This document shows, piece by piece, positions 58,272 to 64,000 of a stretch of 64,000 nt of DNA. The first letter of the stretch is position 1; each line of letters begins with the position of its first letter. The DNA comes from Nitrososphaeria archaeon. GTDB lineage: Archaea; Thermoproteota; Nitrososphaeria; JACIWG01. The stretch covers positions 131,736 to 195,735 of the forward strand of contig JBEKIG010000001.1 of assembly GCA_050011875.1 (NCBI GenBank). Direction: 5' to 3'. A model generated the notes under the pieces. The model worked only from the letters and a program-made list of their open reading frames with translations. It ran no database searches and was not told the DNA's origin. The position numbers and the translations under genes are program-made.

Positions 58272-59516
58272 TCAGCTGATCTCATCAAGTCTCCTGTGAA
58301 CTCTTTCTATAGCTTTGATGACTGGTTTCTTGTCTATTCCACAGATCTCGCAGATCTTCTCCGTCAGAGCCCATCCGCCGTGAGGTGGGCAACCGTCTAC
58401 AAACGGACCTTTGTTTCTATATTCCCATACACATTTGCCCATAAAGAGGACCTTGCCATTCACTTCCGGTGTAACGGCTTGCTTGCCCATGACCACCGTT
58501 AAGCCTTTGAGCTGGTCGGCTAGACCTGCCTGACGGATATAGAAGAGGGGACTCTGCAGTTCACCTTCGCATGCGGTGCAAGCCTGCTCATCAAGGAGAG
58601 TAAGGTCAGGATAAGTCTCAACAATAACGCTTTGTGGATCCCTAAACTTGCACATGACACTTTCGATTGAGACACCCCTGATTTTGATCTTTTCAAGATC
58701 TCCAATCCCTAGACCTTCCTCACAGGCAAGGGAGATCGTCCTGATCTTTGAAGGATCGAAGCCCATTATCTTCGCACAGACCGCGTCCACAGAAACCGCG
58801 TCTCGACCTGCAACGATCAGGTCCATCTTCACCCGATTATCCTCGGAACGAACTTCACCCTGGTTGCAGACCAGCCCATCAGCCACGACAAAACTTGATC
58901 GGACAGTTCTGGTAAGGTCCACGATCGCCTTGTCCAAGCCCAGCCTATGCGTCTTTCGTTTTTCAGCTAGGGGGAGCACACCCTTCATGTTTTTGCAGGC
59001 AATGGTGACGATTGTTCTACGATGGGTTTTCATCACAGGCACATTTATTATCACATCGCTGTCCACCACCGTCTTCGCGACTTTGAAACTATCCACTACC
59101 AGAGGATGGTCAACCTTTAATTCAATCGAGACATCTTGGTTCAAGTCCACCACTCCAACTCCAAGCCTCTTCGCAACCTCTAAAGTCCCCGATGACTTGA
59201 ACGCATCCATCGTCTGCAAGCCTCGGCCCTCCCACGGAGACGTCACATCATATCCGAAGCCGCTGCCTTCCCCTATCACAACCCGTGCTGGATTCATTTC
59301 CAGGACAAGTTTCGCCACTACCTCGGTTACTCGACAATCGGTGACCTCACCGGACCCTGAGGGACTTGGGCTGACCAAATTGGGCTTTATCAACACCGTA
59401 CTCCCATTCATAACTATGCCTTTAAGGCCACCTGCAAGTCTGACCGCCTCACGGACGGCTGTCTTCACATCTCTTCCATTTCTCTTGACAACTGAGACTA
59501 GACTCATTCTGCTCAC
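58272..59516 (-). CDS. DUF362 family Fe-S protein
   Basis: VLIKPN, IGEG, NVPVMKTH, ACKNMKG, DAVSVD, ACTAC, GCPP. Confidence 0.9.
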   Translation of the reverse strand: MSRMSLVSVVKRNGRDVKTAVREAVRLAGGLKGIVMNGSTVLIKPNLVSPSPSGSGEVTDCRVTEVVAKLVLEMNPARVVIGEGSGFGYDVTSPWEGRGLQTMDAFKSSGTLEVAKRLGVGVVDLNQDVSIELKVDHPLVVDSFKVAKTVVDSDVIINVPVMKTHRRTIVTIACKNMKGVLPLAEKRKTHRLGLDKAIVDLTRTVRSSFVVADGLVCNQGEVRSEDNRVKMDLIVAGRDAVSVDAVCAKIMGFDPSKIRTISLACEEGLGIGDLEKIKIRGVSIESVMCKFRDPQSVIVETYPDLTLLDEQACTACEGELQSPLFYIRQAGLADQLKGLTVVMGKQAVTPEVNGKVLFMGKCVWEYRNKGPFVDGCPPHGGWALTEKICEICGIDKKPVIKAIERVHRRLDEIS

Positions 59517-59610
59517 TCCACTATTATGATAACTTATTTAGTTGGAGGTAAAAATATAAATATTTTTATAGCACAGAAAGAAGATTTTCTGTTTAAGAGT
59601 CTAAACTGAT

Positions 59611-59982
59611 ATGGTGGAGCAAGAAACTTGGGAAGATAAATGTTGCCGTTGTGAAGGCGATGTACAGATAAACCTGTTTCCTGGAAAAAGAGCATGCCAC
59701 GTTGCATGCGGTTCATGTCTTTACCCTGAAGACTGGGGAAAATGTCTATCATGTGAGATTGTAGGACACTGCATGTATGCTTTAGAATATCTTAAGAACG
59801 TTAAGCTGAATGGCATTAAAAAGGGATGTTTCTTTGATCAACAACTGCAAGGAGACGAAACAATTTACCAGACTCTAAATTTCGTAAACGGACAACAGAG
59901 TCTGATAGGTAAAACCAGCGAGCAATCGTATTTGGAAGGCTTGAAAAAAGCAAATGCCAAGAGCCCCTGTCTTCAAAAATAG
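59611..59982 (+). CDS. Cys-rich hypothetical protein
   Basis: CCRC, CHVACGSC, CLSC...C; ATG start after an AT-rich promoter-like region. Confidence 0.65.
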   Translation: MVEQETWEDKCCRCEGDVQINLFPGKRACHVACGSCLYPEDWGKCLSCEIVGHCMYALEYLKNVKLNGIKKGCFFDQQLQGDETIYQTLNFVNGQQSLIGKTSEQSYLEGLKKANAKSPCLQK

Positions 59983-60246
59983 AAAAACAAACTTCTAAAT
60001 TGATAACCCCTAGGTTTTTTTACGTGAATATTTAGGAGTCTAATCCTCGAAAGAATTCTAGAGTTCTGCGAGAAAGAATACCATAACTTAGATCACCATT
60101 ATATTGGAAAGTTTGAATCTCTGTGAGAGCATTCTGAGCTTTTCCTTCGATTTTAGACGATACAAAAATCAATTTAAATTGACTTTTAGACACGGCTGGG
60201 GAACAAAAAACTTAAAAAACCACTTACAATAACCAACAAACACACT

Positions 60247-60324
60247 GCCCAGGTAGTATAGACTGGCCTAGTATGCATGGCTGTCACCCGTGCGACCCGG
60301 GTCCGAATCCCGGCCTGGGCGCCA
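60247..60324 (+). tRNA. tRNA-Asp (GUC), CCA encoded, no intron
   Basis: Acceptor GCCCAGG/CCTGGGC, anticodon arm CATGG-CTGTCAC-CCGTG, T arm CCGGG-TCCGAAT-CCCGG, 3' GCCA. Confidence 0.96.
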
Positions 60325-60382
60325 CCTCTTCAAGTTTAAATCCCTTCCTCCGCCTTTTAAATTCCCACGCTATTCCGGTAGT

Positions 60383-60640
60383 ATGTTGTCGATATCTGAC
60401 TATGAACAGTGGCTTGTGCGGTATCGGCGCGCCATAAAACTTCTCAGGAACGGCGAGACGGCGCTAAAGTTCCTCGACCATTTGGACGTCTGGGGCTTTC
60501 CACTGCCCGCGTAGCCAAATATGCGAGCCACATTCCAGTGCTTTTAAGGGTCATAGATTTTGACCTCAAAGAAGCATGCAGAGGAGACATTGAAAAAGTT
60601 GTGGCATGGATAAACAGCCGACCCCACAAGGAATGGATAT
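60383..60640 (+). pseudogene. Frameshifted N-terminal remnant of a tyrosine integrase
   Basis: MLSISDYEQW...NGETALKFLDHL, then shifted frame GLSTARVAKYASHIPVLLRVIDFDLKEACRGDIEKVVAWINSRPHKEW (SAM-like integrase N-terminus); 58 bp after the tRNA; no catalytic domain. Confidence 0.7.
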
Positions 60641-60886
60641 CACCCAAAACATGTAATTGCGTGCCTCAACTGGACCTGAAATGCTTAAGATGCTTCACCA
60701 AAGTGTTATCTATGGTTGGATGTTAATGCATTGGGATTCTGTAGTCTTTAGTTGATTTGCAGCGGATCAAATGTCATTAGGAAGCAGCTGTTATTTCTTG
60801 ACGAATGGCGCATCAAAATAGTAACATCATAAGAAGCGAAGAGTTATATTGACGAAGTAAAGCCTACTTAACAGTCGTGCAGAAGC

Positions 60887-61546
60887 ATGGACGCTACACT
60901 AAGAGACAATCGAGCAATTACAATTTCAATTGTATGTTTAATCGGGTTTCTGTTGATTGACCTCCTTAGAGGAAACTTGAGCCAAATAAACAATGGAGTA
61001 AATTCGTGGGCAGCAACGATCCATATGATCGACTTCACACTAGTGGCTAAGCTTGTGGCAGTTGGCTTCGATACAGCTCCTCTGTTAGCGCTTTCACTTG
61101 TGATAGGAACAGTGTTGTTCCTGATGAAGATGAGGAAAAATGCTTTAGTGTTGGTAGGGGTCATGGCTGGAAACGCAGTGATATTAGAAGTGCTTAAAAC
61201 GTTCATCTATTCTCCGAGACCTTTGAACGAACTGGTGCTTGAAACAGGTAATTCTTTTCCAAGCGGTCACGTTACAAGCACAGTAGTTCTTTTCGGTTTG
61301 CTGGCATTTTTCACCTGGCAAATTTGGAAAAGTACAAGTTTTAAAGCAATATCTAGCGTTCTTGTTGCAGCTTTGGCCCTGCTTGTAGGATTTACTAGAA
61401 TATACCTAAACGTTCACTGGTTCACAGACGTCATAGGCGGATACTTCCTCGGCGTCTTCTGGCTTGCATTCTGCATCGCCATAACTCCATACATTGTGAA
61501 GATATACAGTGAAAAGCTGAAAAAAAGGCGCTTAACCAACAAATAA
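60887..61546 (+). CDS. PAP2-family phosphatase
   Basis: K...SPRP, SFPSGH, TRIYLNVHWFTDV. Confidence 0.93.
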   Translation: MDATLRDNRAITISIVCLIGFLLIDLLRGNLSQINNGVNSWAATIHMIDFTLVAKLVAVGFDTAPLLALSLVIGTVLFLMKMRKNALVLVGVMAGNAVILEVLKTFIYSPRPLNELVLETGNSFPSGHVTSTVVLFGLLAFFTWQIWKSTSFKAISSVLVAALALLVGFTRIYLNVHWFTDVIGGYFLGVFWLAFCIAITPYIVKIYSEKLKKRRLTNK

Positions 61547-61725
61547 CTTTCCAAAACGCCGTCTTCGTGACCGTGTATAATCTGGTGCGGATAACAAATT
61601 TGAACCGAAAAGAATTCGATCGTTAAAGTATTATTCTATTTCTGTAAAAACTTCAATATTATAAATTAGAGATCGCATCTTAAGAAAACGGTTTTTGCAG
61701 AAAGTTTGTTTAAAGCATTCGGATT

Positions 61726-62073
61726 TTACGAATTTTGCTGTACAAGTTTTAGATGGTCACGTCTAAGTGGTGCAAAGATTTCAATCCCTTGAAATCCGTC
61801 TTCTGATGCCACTCCCTGATGAACTTCATTACTTCCGAAAACAATAACGTCTCCTTTTTTCATGTAATATTCTTTGTCACCTACTGTGAAGGTAATGTTG
61901 CCCTCAACTGCAATCGTTATCTGTTCGTTTTCGTGTTTGTGTTTCGGCGCGGTCGTGTTTGGTTCTATTTCTACAAAGCTTAACGACATCCTTTCTCCAA
62001 AGATCAATCTACCTTTAACGCCTTCAAACAGTTTGAAAGAGGGCACTTTTTCCAATTTATACAGTTTCACCAT
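61726..62073 (-). CDS. Cupin domain protein
   Basis: PKHKHENEQ, GDVI...NEVH, EIFAP. Confidence 0.9.
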   Translation of the reverse strand: MVKLYKLEKVPSFKLFEGVKGRLIFGERMSLSFVEIEPNTTAPKHKHENEQITIAVEGNITFTVGDKEYYMKKGDVIVFGSNEVHQGVASEDGFQGIEIFAPLRRDHLKLVQQNS

Positions 62074-62341
62074 TTGTTCTTCACAGTTATTAGATTAGCC
62101 AAAACGGCTAATATATCTTTAATAAAACAATTTTGAATAAAGAAATGGTGTCAAAAGCCAAAACATAGTGGATTGGCTAGGGACTCCTATCAATTATCAT
62201 CTCCCTTAGATAATAAACATATTGCGAGCTAATTCTGTTTTTCTCAATTCAGTTGTATGGTTGCTATTTTAACTTCACGCATTCCGTTCTCACCATCTGT
62301 CACAGGTCACTATGCGCTCCCCTTTCATCTTTTCGCTTGTG

Positions 62342-63436
62342 TTACTTTTCAGAATGGGGACCGTCGTGTTCTGTATTTGATAAGTAAGCAGTTTTAAGGA
62401 GTAGGTTCTTTGCTTCACTTTTCTTTTTTGGGTCAACTTTGCAGGATATTTCTAATTCTACTGCCTTTTGCTTCAGTGATGAGTAGAGAACTTGGGGAGC
62501 AGATTTGAACATTGAGGGGTTTGAACCTGCAGTATGTTTTATTTTGTCTATTGTTTTCTCTGCATCTCCTTCTATCGTCAACGAGAATTTAAGTTCGTCA
62601 TCGTTGACCGGCATAATTTTGGCGATTGCCACCGCGCCTGTTATGACGGTGCTGTTTAGGAATGTGAGTTCACTGCCGGAATCTAACCTGATCTTTGTTC
62701 GAAGCGTGTCAAGTTCGCTGACTGTACCTTCTGTGTTCATGTAGGTTGTGTAGATTCTGTCTCCAATAGAATATGGAAGCCTTCCTTCGGTGACCGTTGC
62801 GTCAGGTTGAATTCTGGTGATGATTATTGTTCCTTGGGCTATGGCCGTGTTTGGGATATTGATTTGGCCGCCTAGGTCATTTTTGATTTGGGTGGTCATG
62901 GTGGTTATTGCTACTATTTTTCCTGGCACACCATTAACCAGAACTGTGTCACCGACTCTGAAGGAATGGGTTATGAGCACTAGGGCTCCGGCAAGTATGT
63001 TTCCGGCGAAGGTTGAAATGACGAGACCGATTACAATAGTGACGATGCCTCCGCTGACCAGCAGAGTTGTTCCTGAAACTTGAAATACGTCAAGAATTGA
63101 AAAGACTTCTACAATAACGACTGCAAGAACCATGAAAAACTGGAAAATCGTTGCTATTTGAACTCCGAAACGCTTTATTATCAAAAGGTTTGAGCGGCGT
63201 ATGAAGAATATGATGAGCAGGCCAAAAATTATGAGTATCATGATTCTGTAGGTCTGGCTAAGTAAGGTTGGGAGCCCCAGAGGCTTTGCGATGAATTGAT
63301 CAAAAGCTAATACAACACTTATAGTTACAATTGCCAAGATTGTGAGAATCGTGAAGAACCTTTTGAGCGGATATGCAAATTGTGACGTTCGATTGCACCT
63401 CAGCCCATTCCAGATAGTCGAAAGATTTAAAGACAT
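62342..63436 (-). CDS. MscS-family mechanosensitive channel with duplicated beta domain
   Basis: TM region, GNILAG, FRVGD...GKI...IPN, then a second YSIGD...GTV...FLN. Confidence 0.85.
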   Translation of the reverse strand: MSLNLSTIWNGLRCNRTSQFAYPLKRFFTILTILAIVTISVVLAFDQFIAKPLGLPTLLSQTYRIMILIIFGLLIIFFIRRSNLLIIKRFGVQIATIFQFFMVLAVVIVEVFSILDVFQVSGTTLLVSGGIVTIVIGLVISTFAGNILAGALVLITHSFRVGDTVLVNGVPGKIVAITTMTTQIKNDLGGQINIPNTAIAQGTIIITRIQPDATVTEGRLPYSIGDRIYTTYMNTEGTVSELDTLRTKIRLDSGSELTFLNSTVITGAVAIAKIMPVNDDELKFSLTIEGDAEKTIDKIKHTAGSNPSMFKSAPQVLYSSLKQKAVELEISCKVDPKKKSEAKNLLLKTAYLSNTEHDGPHSEK

Positions 63437-63441
63437 TACGG

Positions 63442-63654
63442 TTGGGGCAACACTGTAGTGAAATGATAGCTAAAGTGAGAACACCTGCAATCACCATTCT
63501 CGACTGTATCTGGATCTCACAAGGTGAACTGGCTGGGTATCCTGCGGAGGACACCACTAGACTCAACCGACTTCTAGCTAGCATCGATCCAGTAGCATTA
63601 GACTATTGGGCAGCGATACAGCAGTTAATACTTGTCTTTATGTATTCATTATAA
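63442..63654 (+). pseudogene. Internal fragment of a DUF362-like protein
   Basis: ITILDCIWIS...LLASIDPVALDYWAA resembles the DUF362 core; no N- or C-terminal parts. Confidence 0.5.
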
Positions 63655-63873
63655 ATTAATGTCATGATTTATGAATCATTAAAGCAATCGTAAACATGAC
63701 TAGAGCTAGACCAAAGAATAAAGGAATTAAATCTGTATACACTAAAAAAAAATGGCGTAGAACTGGTAGTTAATGGCCTTAAAATATTTAGATAAAGAGT
63801 TAAGGTTATTCAAGACACGAACACCATGAGAGTCGTATAACGTATTTAAATTGCGATGAAGAGGAGGGAGGGC

Positions 63874-64000
63874 ATGATATATATCTTAGGAGTTGTCGGA
63901 AGCCCAAGAATTGGAGGAAATACAGAATTATTCGTAAATGAAGCATTGAAGGCTGCTGAAGGGGAAGGCGCTAAAGTAGAACTTGTAAGACTTGCCGACA
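63874..64000 (+). CDS. Flavodoxin family protein (partial, runs off the window)
   Basis: MIYILGVVGSPRIGGNTELFVNEALKAAEGEGAKVE; GGAGG upstream. Confidence 0.85.
   Translation, partial: MIYILGVVGSPRIGGNTELFVNEALKAAEGEGAKVELVRLAD

Noticed and set aside
58648-59529. 293-aa plus-strand ORF
   Set aside because: Antisense shadow of the well-supported DUF362 gene; Ser/Thr-rich with no motifs.
60290-60514. 74-aa ORF as listed in the track
   Set aside because: Its start lies inside the tRNA; only the part from ATG 60383 belongs to the integrase remnant.

Overview
Archaeal chromosomal window. A Bathyarchaeia/TACK-like origin is inferred from gene content, frequent TTG/GTG starts and an archaeal-type tRNA. 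From left to right: a PAS/GAF histidine kinase with a stand-alone receiver; assorted redox and catabolic genes; a divergent phosphate uptake locus (phoU-pstB-AbrB/PhoU regulator, and pstSCA); and Thr-rich surface proteins with a membrane-anchored HTH regulator. An accessory island of about 18 kb (about 23.7-42.1 kb) follows. It carries a type I RM system, two uncharacterised nuclease-containing gene pairs, a minus-strand array of small genes punctuated by a conserved T-tract+TCGGGT motif (including a Ycf46-like AAA remnant/DUF1257/DUF2997 module), a 1.2-kb hairpin- and repeat-rich non-coding region and a ParB-like/endonuclease-like fusion. After the island come an 8-gene divergent purine biosynthesis cluster, a RuBisCO-like protein, tRNA-Asp(GUC) followed by an integrase remnant, and a few transport/redox genes. 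All family calls come from motif recognition by eye; no database search was run.
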